A stretch of 64,000 nucleotides of DNA from Phoronis australis (Eukaryota; Animalia; Phoronida): the NCBI GenBank assembly GCA_002633005.1, contig NMRA01000192.1:595140-659139 (forward strand), written 5' to 3'. This document shows, in pieces, positions 12,410 through 25,489 of the stretch. Numbering within the stretch: the stretch's first letter is position 1; each line of letters begins with the position of its first letter. Both the position numbers and the translations under genes were made by a program. The notes beneath the pieces are model-generated. The model did no database searches. It was given only the letters and a program-made list of their open reading frames with translations, and was not told the origin of the DNA.

Positions 12410-14315
12410 TAAAGAATTCATAAAAGGCTACCTACTTCTTATTTTGGTGTTACTTTCTACATAAGGCATTATTTTAAATATCATCCAAACAGTATAATAA
12501 CAGTGCAACTGTACGGTTTGTAGGACAAGTTTCCGACTCACTTACATCAGCGCAGCCGCCAAAGAACCAGCATGAACATGAAATAATCATTGTGGTGTAG
12601 TATCCTAGTAGGTTGGCACCAGCCCTCGTTGCAGAGTTAATCGACATCATTTTGCTGCCATTCATCAGCCAAATATTAAGTATGGAGCTGTACTGGATAA
12701 AGCAAATGAGCCTGTGAGGAAAGGTCAGTAAAATGCAAATTTCTCTGAAAATATCAAGTAAATGGCGAGAACAGCTCCTCATAATAAATGTAAGCTATCA
12801 GTCCGTGAATGTTACTGGGCTGTAGTTATTCTTAGAGCCTCGATCTCGGTCTGCCGATGTCGGGGTGACCGGCGATAGGAACAATAAGCCAAAGTTGTAA
12901 TGGAGTGCAAGCTTTGATTGTAATAAATAAAAGACCGGGATATAGTGGGGGCATGAATATTGACCTTGTTATGAACACTGTGAACACTTGTCTGGTCCCG
13001 CAAATTACCGGATTAATAATTAATTATCGGAATTTTTAAATGAGCTTCAAAAGTGAGAACAGGCCAGTGATATACAGGCTAATTATGATAATGCCTAGTA
13101 TTTTGGGAATAACTTAACGGCAAAATGTTGACAGTATATATAATTCGAAAAACATACGTTTACACATGTTAGCTTACACGGAAAAGCACTCGAACCGGTA
13201 AATTCGCTCTACCTAATTACATGTTCAAGATGGAGGACGAAACCATGTATTGTGCTATGTATATGTAAAGGTGGCTTAGTGCCGCAGCCAATTCGCACAG
13301 TTTTTAAGATCTAGTTGTGATAGTCCGTTTTGAAGTATGCATTGCAAGTAGGTTCATTGAATCTGGTATGTTTGTCGTTGAAAATCAGAAAAGTCCACTT
13401 ATTCGGCTGTAAATTTCACTTTCTACACAATCATGGGCGTCTCCCTGCAACAGTGTGGCCGTTACTAGGGCCTCTGTTGTCACATATGGGACCCTTCAGA
13501 CATATTAGACTTGGCATAAATCTGGTTGGATGGCAGCACTTTTGTATTATGTAGAAAATTTGACTTAGTAGTAGTAGAATCTATACTGTTGTCTTGAGTC
13601 GAAGTTGTGGTTTTGAGCTGAAAAGTGTCAATTTTGATGAGATTTTTGTCGTCTTTTTCTGTAAAAAGTACAGAAAATTTGAATCTAACACTGGACTTTG
13701 CTTACTTTTGGGTGAGCGACGTTGCGTCCGTCTCTCACGGACTTCAGCTTCGCTAGCGATGGTATTACTATTCTGGCTAGTAGGTGACGTTTTGAGCAGA
13801 CGGCGCGTCATTGAGTCAGGACAATGTCTCATAAGTGTGGCAGGCGGAACATTAACCCACCTCGTTTATTCAGTGAGGGACTCTCGATGCGTTCATGGAG
13901 AGCTTCCTTGGCACCTCTTCTGTAAGAGTTGAACAAAAGCCACTAGTCCATACATGTAGGTATCTGTGCAAACACAGTGGCATTAGTTGAAAGCATACAA
14001 TGTGTGCCCTGATTAATTAAATGGTACTGGACATGCTTTACACGTCGCGCCACCAAGAGACGAGTATCACTGCTCAAGTGCTTGTCTGTTCCGAATACAA
14101 AACACCGTGCAAAAGTGATTTCATAATTTAGGAAATAGCGTTTGATCCGTTACCTAGGGAACATGGTTTGACGATGCGTTGAACATAATCCACTAGTTAA
14201 CAAATTCCCTGGAACCAGAGTTAATTTAGAAAGCATACATGTAGGTGTGGCCAATCGAATGTTCACTCAAAAAAGAAGTGGCTTATGTTAACCGACTAAA
14301 CATTTGAATTCACCC

Positions 14316-14374
14316 ACGCGCACACGCACGCGTGCGCACACACACACACACACACATACACACAGACACACACA
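14316..14374. repeat. (CA)n/(CG) microsatellite
   Basis: Directly visible; ends at an N. Confidence 0.9.
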
Positions 14375-17300
14375 NAGATGAATGTAACACAACGACGTAA
14401 TTGTACAATTGGTTTTGATATCGAGATTCGTGAGAGTAAAAACACTTGAGAGCGAACGAAGCCCGAATTCAAATGGATTTGCTTTTCTTGAAGGTCTGCA
14501 CTCGCCGGTGATCTTTGATGACAAGCAACACAAATACACGCTGAGCAAGATGTGATCCGCTTCTCTAAATACTCTCTGTATGACACAAAACATAAATTTT
14601 ACACTCTGGCTCAAATAATTTTGCATGTCACGTATCTCGACTCTATAACCAATGGTAAAAACATGAACGTTATATATTGTTTATATCTAGGGAACAACGA
14701 TTATTTCAGTCACTTATTTTGCTCGGTAACATAAAATGTCTAATACTCCCAGTGGGACGAATTTCAGCAACTGAACTAGTACTTTCACGGTCACTTGCTT
14801 TATTTCCCTATTTCATTTTTCATAAGCATGTCATCTGTCCTCAAATTCCGCTTAGACATGTGCAGTAACGACCGATAATCGATTTTCGACGTCAAAACAT
14901 AAGTTTTGTTTAACATAAGCGTTTTACTTCAACGCTTTAACAACCACACCTCGATTTTTTTCCGCAAGCATTTTGAACTTCGTTTTCAAAATCGACGTGG
15001 ATTTTCGTTTTAAGCTGCACGTTGTCCCTCTTGAGATGATAATGTCGAACTGTTAACCGCGGTCATCCGATCTTCAATTTATAAGGAATGAGCCGAAGAC
15101 TTCAGTAATAGACAATGTGTACATGCGTTAAAATACGTAATTTTAGGTTTGACCAAACCCAGTAAACTCTGAAGTGATTTTTTGAGAGTCTGTCTGCATT
15201 CTACTTGGTTACAGAAATTGAATCCTACAACGGTAATGAATAATACGAGACCGATTTTAAGAGAGTAATTCGATGTAATTCCAGAAGTGTACTTCGAGTC
15301 GAAGGCTGTTGATCACAAAACCTGATTTTAACTCAAGAAGTTCAGTCGAAACCTGCGCCCAAGTAATGCTAATTTCATACAATTGCAAGTATTTTCAACC
15401 TTAACTGAACTTGTTAGGAATTTTTGGTTTAATTTCTACTTTTGTTTATTCACCACCTCCTAAAATGGCCGCAGTAGTGAGGTGCATTCTGGGTTCTCAT
15501 TCAACTCCCGCCATATGTAATGAGGTTTCAGCGGAAACCACACACATTTGAAAAAATAAAACATACTAGCAAAATACTGCCAGCACAAAAAGGATAAAAC
15601 TTACGAAACGTTTATATTTTATTGACATCTTTCGACTGACGAATCTCATTACGTGTTTTAAATTAGTGAGTGTAAAAAAGTGCATTTACTGAGAAAATGA
15701 CGTAATACCGTTAACCAGGTGTGTGTAAAAGCGGATGTAAAAGTATACATCGCCTCTCCATGTTGAGGGTAATGAACACTACACGTCACGTTATCTTCAA
15801 TTGTATTAGTTTTATCATAGTTGGACCCATCTGGCAGTTCAGTTTATAAAATCTATAAATTCGTTAGCACACCACACACTATTTTAGCTCTGATCCACGT
15901 TATTTTACTGATAAGAGGCACTTTGATGCGAATGTCGTCCTTGGCGCATACATGTACGCCGACTGTAACGAAACGTGAATGAAAACTACGTGACAACTTA
16001 ACGGAGATGTTTTTAAGAATTCAGAGGACATTATAACTTTAATCACTTAAGTCTCTTCCCAGGTTATCAATTTTTCGTACTCTTTAAGTGTTGTCATTTT
16101 ATTGAATGTGTTATAAGTAACATGGATATGAGCCAATTTTGAAGGGCGGAGCTTAAATCCGGACTTTTTTGAAACTGTTCTCTCATAGGTGCGCTACCTT
16201 GGAAATTTCTGCTAGTGGGAGTTACTGTTCCTTTCTACAACATTTTTACTTGCACCACCCGCAGACGTTGTAAAGTAATGACTTCCGTACCGCTGAGCAT
16301 CAAATGACTCACTTAGATTCACGTTTGTTTTGTAATTAACACATGTTTAGTGCGTCAAAAATACGTTGCATTGTTTATTGAAAAAACATGTCGAAATAAA
16401 GCTGGGAGAGATTTCTCCACAGGATGTAGTGGTGTGGTCCAAGAGAGCATAGCCAAATAAACATGTGTTGAGAAATAACATATAAACAATAAAAGCCGCA
16501 CTCTTGGTAATTGATACGAATTACATAATAAAAAATTAATATACGCGACCGCACAGCATGTTTCCATTACTTAACTGAGTTCATGACGTCACAGTCGCTG
16601 CGGGAATGTCTGCTTTGCTCTCTTTTTTCCGTTAACTCAACAAGCTCTCGAATTCATGCGTGGAAAGTATTTTAATACTAATCTAAAAAGCATTAAAATG
16701 CTTTTTAGATCACATGTGTCAGGGAAGCAAAAATAAAACCATATATTGTTCTTCACTCACACACAGATTGGCCGTTTTTGGCTGTTTCCTCGATAACGTT
16801 ACAAAGACTTTGTTAGCTCTTAATGAAGTTAGTTTTTAACTGCAAGTTAATTGTACAGCCGTTTTCAGTGAATACTTAATAATTATTCCACTGTTTTGAT
16901 CAAAATATGGCAAAAACAGTGTACACCATTGGCATATGGTCTACATGTACTGAGCATGGGTATCATCTGACAGTAACTTAACCACACATACACCGACGGC
17001 GGACGCAACCTCAAATGAAACGCGCATCTTTTTAGGAACTTTTAATTTTCACTTTCATTTGATGCGTGCGCGCCAGCTAGGTACTGAATGACATGAAAAT
17101 TCCCTTGTAAAAAACTAATTGTCGTGATGACGCTTCTTAAAGGGGTAGTAAGCCACCTTTCCTCGAAGAAGGAAACTTTGGATATGGACCACTTGTCGCC
17201 ATAATATTGGTCTCAACGTGTTCCATACTCAGCAGTGACTTTTGGTTTGCAGAGGATTGATTTGACAGTTCGTCATTGCTCTAGACCGTCCTCATCAAGT

Positions 17301-19986
17301 AACATCAGACGCCGTCACTTGTTGCAGCTGCTCTCAAGCAATACTGAAGTGGCATTTTTTCAAAGCCAAGAAATCGCAGACATTTGAAATAAGAACAATT
17401 TTAGACCAATTACATAACGGCATTTGGCCAAAATCAAAAGCCATTTAGTAAGTAAATGGTTTCAAAATGACGCTTTATTGCAAGAAATCTGCAAAGAAAG
17501 GTAGATGGAAATAAACAGGTCAACAATGAATTGGGTGTTGCATTGGTGTGATTATGTGACGTAGACACTTAGAGCGACATTATCTACGACAACAGCGATT
17601 TTTTGAAATTTGTCCTATCTCGGATTTGAACCTGGAATTTTCGCGGTCGTAGTCAAACGCTTTGCTAATAAGCCAATATATAGCAATCGATAAACGACAG
17701 AGTACATGTACTTTAAGGATATTTAACTGGTAACAGGCCTTGATTACAACGAATGTCTGGCAGACATCAGCGAGAATTGGCGATTTGTAATACAATGACA
17801 AAAGCAACGGGTTTTGTTTTTGTTTTTTGTTTTTTATATATCTCAAAGCTAATAACTCTATATCCCAAACAAAACTAATTCCCGAAATCCGTTTTTCTCG
17901 GCCGTATAAACGATATTGCCCTTTAATGAGAAACGTCGACAGAACACCTTCCCATAATCTTGATAAATAGTAATAGATTGAATTTTTGCGGGTGGCATAG
18001 GTGTATCTGGACTTGGTTTGCAAAGGTGAGCTGACACGTGGTATGAATTTAGTTTTCCCAACTCAGGCATACACTAACTTCTGCCATCATAGGAAGATTT
18101 CCTTTCAACTCGGTCATTTTCACCCCAGTTATTATTTTACCTTCTCAGGCGGTAGGCACAACATCATTTTATCCCGTGCCACGCCCCCCTACCAATTTAG
18201 CACTCCAGTTGTCACCAATTCCACCCTTTGAGTTCCCTCTTGCGACCAATTTCACCTTCCCTACTTGAGCTACTTCTCTAACATGTTCACGTTTTCCCAT
18301 TGGGTTGGGCTTCCCGGATTGCTCATGTTTTGTCCGGATATCTCATAATCTTTAGCTGAATCTGCGTGTGATCTCCTGCATTTAATACCACTATGAAGTG
18401 TCACTTAAAAGCATGGGCCGCACCCGGCCTAGACCTAATAAAGTCAGAAGAAAGGTTAATGGGGTAATGCAAGATTCTCATTGTCATTTTCGCTAGATTT
18501 TTTCGTCTACGGAGCGCAGTCCTCGTTAGAGTTCAGTAGTTCCTAGCTATTTGTTTTTAGGTACTAACAAAATAGCGCACCCGTTATACATGTGATCTAT
18601 GGTTGATAGTAGAAATGAGTTTTATAGCACCCAAGGATTGCTATGTGAAAGCCTTATTTTAGTCGTTCTAAGAAATTCGTCTTTTACGTGTACATGTACT
18701 GAGAAGTGAACATTCTGTTACGATTTGTATTCTGTCTATTATTGTACCTGATGATGGTATTGGATTAATATCGAAATGTCGTTTTCTTGCTGTAATCTAA
18801 TGCTGCCTTTATCCACGTTTTACTTCTAATTAGATCAAAAATTAATATTAAGCGCTAAAGTTATGAAAACACTGATTTACCCTATTCACAGATTTGAACT
18901 ACAACTAGGTTACGGAAATTATACTCTGTGTAAAAGGTGCCGGAACAGGTCCGTTAGGCCTGGTTGCCGCCGGGCCAACATTTCCCATATACCACGTAGA
19001 AAAATACATTTTAATGTACTTAGAATGCACCAAACAAAATTTGAATTCACAAAGTTTTATGCAGTAGCACCCCCCCCCCCAGACATCCAACGGGACGAGG
19101 TGCCCCTCCCGTATCCTCTTAATTGTCAACTCTGTCGGCGAATTGCAGCACCAATTTTGTTTCCGATGCAACGTATATGTCTTGATTCCCTCATACCCTC
19201 CGACACAGCGCCACCTAAACTGAAAAGTGGTCCTGTGTAAACAGGAACAACGCCACACGGAATTCCGTGTGTGGGCATCAATGCGCATGATTGGTCGGAA
19301 GTTAATATATCACATCGCTACCACTTGCATACGCCTTCGCTGTACTTGTTTGGGCTTAGCCACGGGATCGAAGTTCCCTTGATTTTGTTTACTTCGGTCA
19401 CTGCCCGTTTTAATAAATTGCAACTCTTCAAGTCAAAGGTGGTCGCCATACAGTAAACTGAAAGGGGTTTCCCAGATTTCAACCAATGGGAATGACTGAA
19501 TGTTATGAGGTCAGCTTCATTACATTAACCGATGAGAAACCATAAAAAACAACATTTCACAATGCTACCTTTCGTAGCACTGTGAAAGAGTGTAGAGACC
19601 CTCATTGATTTTTTAACGACTTCGAAAATTCCTTCCGAAATGTATATGTACACAACCGGCAAGTACTGTGCCACGGACTTCCATTCTGATAAAGCAAAAA
19701 GAAGTTTTATCGTTCAGGGATGTACTTGCTGGAATCACAGTGATCAAAATCGGTAACTCAACAGTGCACACTTTGGTACCCTCTTAGTTCTGCGTACACG
19801 ACGACAAGAGCGTGGACACATTCACATTTTTGATGTTCGCCATCTCCCACAGACGGAGGATGGCAACCATATTCGACGAGACTCATAGTATGGTGTTGAT
19901 ATGTCTCCATAAAAATGTATCAGTGAAGAGTTGAAATGAAAACAAGTGTTTTTGAGTGATTGGTAATCTTTTATTTCTCGTTTCAG

Positions 19987-20894
19987 GGTATGGCCATATA
20001 ACCCCCGTCACAACAGCAGGAAGGCTTGTGACTATATTCTACGCACTATTTGGAATACCAATAACCTTGCTGTACTTGGCAAACGTGGGCAGTTTCATGG
20101 CAAACACGTTTCGATTTTGTTATCACAGACTTTGTTGTGATCTATGTTGTTGCTGCTTTAAACTCAATCAATCCAAACGAAAATCTCCCCAAGGGTCGCC
20201 AAAGAGAACGACAGCTTGTCGGTCAGTCTCGTTACCTGTGATCAAAGGAGACTTCAGCCCCACGCGAAAACCTGCAATTAATTCCATAGTAAAAAAGAGC
20301 GGGAGTGTTGGGAATAACCTATCGTCCTCGCTCAAAAGTAGTTCCTCTGATCCGGAGGACCAGATTGCACGTCCACCCAGCAGCGTAAGCTTTTCGCTGA
20401 ATAACAATCAAGAAATTGAAATTGAAAGGAAAAGTCACAAGTTGAAAATTCGCCACTCCGTTACTTCCACGAGCAGAAAGTATATTGACTGGAAGGGAAA
20501 GTATCGTTACAAGCCAGTGCCAATTACGCTGACAATTATCGTCATGGCGGGGTACATCTTTGGTGGCGCCATGTTGTTTTCAATATGGGAGGGCTGGGAA
20601 TACATTGAAGGGTCGTATTTCTGTTTCATCACTTTAACAACAATAGGTCTTGGGGATTTGGTCCCTGGCATTCACAAAGAAACGGACTGGACACGATCCG
20701 ACAAACTTGTCCTTTGCTCGTTGTACGTGTTTCTCGGCTTGGCTCTGATTGGCATGAGCATGGACCTGATGCAAGAGGAAGTAAGGGCAAAATTCCATTG
20801 GCTAGCCGAGAAAATTGGAATCTCGGAGAAGAAAAGTGACTTGGAATACGATGATGCTGATGATGAAATGGTTAGTTACAAAGATCACGTGTGA
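19987..20894 (+). CDS. K2P channel, coding exon 2 (rest of P1, M2, long cytosolic loop, M3, P2, M4, C-tail)
   Basis: Pyrimidine-rich TTTCAG acceptor ends at 19986. The phase-1 join restores the TIG-YG filter, followed by GRLVTIFYALFGIPITLLYL. Second pore is YFCFITLTTIGLGDLVP. Stop TGA at 20892-20894. Spliced CDS is 1515 nt (504 aa). Confidence 0.95.
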
Positions 20895-21188
20895 CATGCC
20901 AATGATATTGCTCTTTCGAACTACCAAGCAATCTTTAATAAAGAAATAGAATTGGTCACGACGGAGGGTAAACCAAGTCACGTACAAAGCCCCCAAGATG
21001 TTTGTGGCAAAGATAACCATCCCAGAGAAGGGAGCAATTTGTCATGTCGAAAATAAAGAATAAGGATCCCGCATAGTGTGGAGGACGGGACGCAAGAAAA
21101 ACTCCATTCGATGTGAAGGAGGTACTAGAAATCGCTGGATGTCATTAGACTATTGAGCATTCAATGTAACCGTAAAAGATTGGTATCT

Positions 21189-21255
21189 CATAGGCGGCGC
21201 ATCATGGGGGCTGGGGACTATACCCCACACTTTTTTCAGTGCTGCGTCGCCCATG
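21189..21255. mobile_element. CATGGGCGGCGC-TIR mini-MITE copy downstream of the K2P stop codon
   Basis: CATAGGCGGCGCATCATGGGGGCTGGG…TTTTTTCAGTGCTGCGTCGCCCATG. Confidence 0.7.
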
Positions 21256-21614
21256 TACATGTACCTGTGTCTAATCTCCGGAACTGAAATCGAACTCAAA
21301 ACAGTCTTCGTCATTGTGCGTGTTACTGTATATTCATTTGAGTTCAAGAAAAGTATCTGTTATAATCTGCTCTCGAACATATGATTGTTTAAGCAAATGA
21401 GTGCGTAGTCCAAGTTAGCCCTTGGTGACCCTTAAATTCGAGCTTCAAACTCGGGGTCATCAAGTGCAACATGGGATTAGGAATTTATCCATGAAAACCA
21501 TACTCAATAGCGGATTTGCAGCGACGCCATATTGAAATTAGGTTAAAATGGTGCATTGTGGGTGCTGTGGTCAGGATTCCGAAAGCGGCTATAGTAACAA
21601 GCATAATACGCGGT

Positions 21615-22885
21615 ATGAGCGCGAAGAAAACTTACGGCGGATACACTTGTGTTCCTGGCTGCTTCAAAAACAACAAGACAGATAAAAATCTGAGTTTTTA
21701 TGTGTTCCCTGCAAACCAAGAACTTCGTGAAAAATGGATAAACAACATTAGGAGAGCTGGGAGTAACGGGAGATTTAGCGCATTCAAACCAACGCAGGGC
21801 TATCTAGTAGGCAACACGTAGCCCCTCGGTTGGCCATATAGGGGCTACAATACTCCCATTCGCTTTCTGTACTCATTTCGTTACTTCAGTGTATTTTAAA
21901 CGGGCCGTGACCGGATTTGGGTTACCGATTTCGAGTTTTCACCTTGTCAAAAATACATTCTACACTTAAAACTATCATTTAAAAGATTACTTTCATCATT
22001 GGTCCTTTCTACTTCTATACATATCTTTGATGAAGCTTAGTTGTGAGAATTAAGTTGACTTTGGCGAAGAATTACAACTCAACTTTTTTGGTTGCCGTTA
22101 ATTTCATCACCGCGTGAGCCGCGATAACCACAAAGCATGTCAACTGAATCACCTGAGTTAAGCAAAGGTTAGCGCGAGACTGAGCGAAGCGCGTGACGCT
22201 AGCGTCTGACGCTAGCGCGTGACGCTAGCGCGCGACACTTGTAAAATAGCATGAGAAGGTACCGGGTGAAACTTGTAAGATGTGTGTCCCTTGGACTTTT
22301 TATTCGTCAACATGCGTAATTTCACTAACTTCCTCAAAATGGCACCCGGTAACTGAGAGAAACTCGAGCAAACCGCGACAGATTTTCATCGATTTGTTCA
22401 AGTTTTGCTGACTAAATTGTATCCAGAGTCGTGGTATGTGTTAATTATAACTCCGTGTTCCTACATGTATGGTTCATTTGATTTTATTTGCTGTATTTTG
22501 AAATGAGTAACTTTTTGTGAGGATGTACTATCGCCCCTGAATGCCTGCGGCATCCAGTGCGATGTAATTGCCTAGGGGCCATCGTGTGTGCAGCGAACAT
22601 TTTCCTGGTGGAAAAAAGACGTATGAGAACAACATTCCGACGGAGTTTCCTCTTAAAATTAACGTCTCTAGCATATCCACGGCGAAAGCTACAAAAGTTA
22701 AGCAACCCAAGAACTCTCAACTTGTCTGAAACCGGAGGAGATTTCGAAATCAACGCCGATAGCCCCAATACTGAACATGACGACAGTTGTGCCCTCGGTC
22801 ACACGGTCACTGATCATAGCTACGCTGTGTTTAGAAACGAGAGAGAGGACTTGCTTGGTCTTATAAAGCAAAAAAATGAAACATG
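21615..22885 (+). pseudogene. THAP-domain protein, interrupted at 21801-22575 and frameshifted
   Basis: Removing the insert and one GGGC copy gives in-frame …FKPTQG|HRVCSEHFPGGKKTYENNIPTEF. The later DHSY and coiled-coil-like segment lies in another frame. Confidence 0.8.
21801..22575. mobile_element. Unclassified 775-bp non-autonomous insertion (Crypton- or Helitron-like ends)
   Basis: Flanked by GGGC repeats (21797-21800, 22576-22579); short IR TAGGCAA/TTGCCTA; subterminal hairpins at 21818-21848 and 22530-22563; internal 11-bp tandem GCGTGACGCTA at ~22190-22235. Confidence 0.7.
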
Positions 22886-25489
22886 GTTTTTAGTTTGCAA
22901 ATCACTCCAAATGCACACACTATCCAGCCTGCTCAAGACATGCCTGACCACAAGCTATCCCATGAGCCTTCGCGCAGGAAGTAACTCGCACGTGCGCAAT
23001 GCGTAGTTCGTTTGCGCTGCAACTCCACTATTCGAGCACACAATGATCGAGTTCATATTAAAGTAAAACAGAAAGTGTCGAAAATTATTTCCAGTTCAAA
23101 TTTAAGTAAAAATATTAGACTCTGAGTCATGGTTTCGTCTTTAACTTCCATAAGATGTTGTGAGAGTGTTAGTCAAACTTCAAGATGGCCATGTGCTGTT
23201 TCAATATGTGTGTGCGCGTGCGTTAAATTTGAGTTGATGTGTACAAGTACAGTGTATTATAGATGTCCTGTACGGAAAATGCAAAGTACGTTGTGTCAAA
23301 AGAACCAAGTGATGGAATCAATAATCGTGAAACTTTTTACCATGTGATACTATAGCAAATGTCTTTTGTCCATAACATTCTTGGTAACCCCATTAGTGAG
23401 TCTATACACAGTAGTCTATAAACTACATAATGTAAGGTGGTATAAGTACGTATTTTCTGATAGTAGAAATTTGTGAAATTTTATTTTTAAATTTACACCA
23501 TTAATTGGAATTTTTAGACTATGTTTACAGACAAAATTTGGGAAACCTTGTTCAATGAATGTTCGTTCATGGCAAACCATGGTATTAATAACCCCGTTCA
23601 ATTTCCTATGATATAAATACAACTATTGACTTTCAAAGACGACAACGTGTTGATTTTCCGACCTTAAAATGCGATAATGACCAAGACGGTTCCAAATGAA
23701 CCAATAATTCCATCAGGTTTTCGGATAAGGAACAATCCTGTCCTCACAAGCATAGTTCTTTCTTTGTATGAAATGACAATCTACCAATTCCAAATCATTG
23801 AGAAGAGAAGAGTTTGGTAACAGGGGCCACTATTGGTTTTTGATCGCAAGCTTTGCCCTCACAAACCGGTCGGATAAGGAACACCTGTTGGGGTATTAAA
23901 GACTGGAGTAATTTAGTAGTGGTTAAATTTTAAGAACCTAAATTGATACTCAGTACTTTCGTTCTGATTCCAGACTAAATTAAAGCAGAAACATATGTGC
24001 ATATTTCAAAACTAACCACCTAACCTTATTCTACTTTCTAGTATCTTTCTGAGATTAGGTAGCACTGAGTTGAAAACTTACGATTTATTGCTTATTCATT
24101 CTTTTTGAGTTATCCGTCAATAGTAACTATTTGAATGACATTAACAAGGACTGCATATAAATACTATTGTAATATACGTTGTCTTCTTTTGCCTTAACAA
24201 GTTCATTACATACCCTATACCCCACATCCTGACACAGCGCCATCTATACTGTACATGTAGGTTAATTGGCCGTGTGAAAGGCAAAAATCTTTGTTGGCGT
24301 CACAGCTAAAGGCAACATTCCGACAATTTGTCGGTTATGACATATTTGCAACCCTTTGGAAGAGGAAAAGTTTATTGAAGAATCGGGGAAGAGCAATTGA
24401 CCAACAGGTGACGCTCTATTTCACTACATTAAAGGCCAATTCACTTTATCGCCCTATAACTGAGCTGCAGAAAAACGGTATAACAGCAATCTTTTTAACG
24501 CGGAAAGGTGTGGTTATTAAAGGCAGAAATTGTGTGTGAGTTATATGTATTATTAAGTCAATTTTACCCACATCGTTGGAAAGCTGTACATTTATGTTTA
24601 GCACCAACCCTAAGGTAGTCCCACGAGCACAAATACATGAAGTCTTTTGCAAGTTTAAAAGGGTTTTTGATCATACTTCACTCGACGTTTGGCGTATACA
24701 TGTACAATCGCGTTATCAAAATGTGTCCTATGGAAGCAGACAAGCTGTTGTCTGTGCACGATGCCAAACCTGTAAGCCGTTAATAGATTATGGCTACCCC
24801 ATTGACACGCCAAGCTCCATTGGTGTTGGTGGTATCAGATCGATTCAAACACTATATGAGCGTTGTACCATATATTCCACGGCAAGATTATAAGCTTCGT
24901 TAAGTGTTTTAACACGAATATTACTTGGTGGACGTTTGCATAAGTCACAATACCATTTGCATAAAAAATTCCACACCAGCCACCAATTTAATGGAGATCA
25001 AATTCAAAGAAAACTGTTTAGACACGTTATTTAGGTGAATTTTTCGGGGATAATGAGCTGTGTTTTATACAGGGGTGTTTTCGTCTAATCATGATCATGA
25101 AGTCTACATTTTAATCCGCGACAGGCATTTTTCCTCTTTTTGTTCTCTGTCTACCATTGGTCCTCATTGTAAGTAACCCTAATGCATCGGAACACGATCT
25201 TAACCGTTTCTCTCACAACCAAAGAAAGGTGGCGGACTACCCTTGTGTTTTATAAGTTCTCGTGACCTCAGTGTCTGGAATTATTGGTGTGATTGACATG
25301 CTGGAAATATCCATTGGCAATGTGTCACCCATGAAAAAATCGGTTGCCTCTCGACAGAAGACTGTAACGTGTGCGCGGGCATCTTTTTCCCGGCATGCCC
25401 AAAACTACGAAATGTTTGAAATATGCCCAGAATTGTCTATCGTTTGTAATTTTGGAGATGCATCAAAGGTTCGTGTGATGGACACAACG

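Larger units (their letters stand above)
21509..23029 (+). mobile_element. Non-autonomous THAP-encoding DNA transposon (ISL2EU/PIF-Harbinger-like) with a nested insertion
   Basis: TIR AGCGGATTTGCAGCG / CGCTGCAACTCCACT flanked by AT on both sides. THAP motif C-VPGC…FYVFP…LREKWINNIRR (21615-21800) continues as HRVCSEHF..GKKTY.NNIPT.F at 22580. DHSY motif downstream. No DDE domain visible. Confidence 0.75.
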
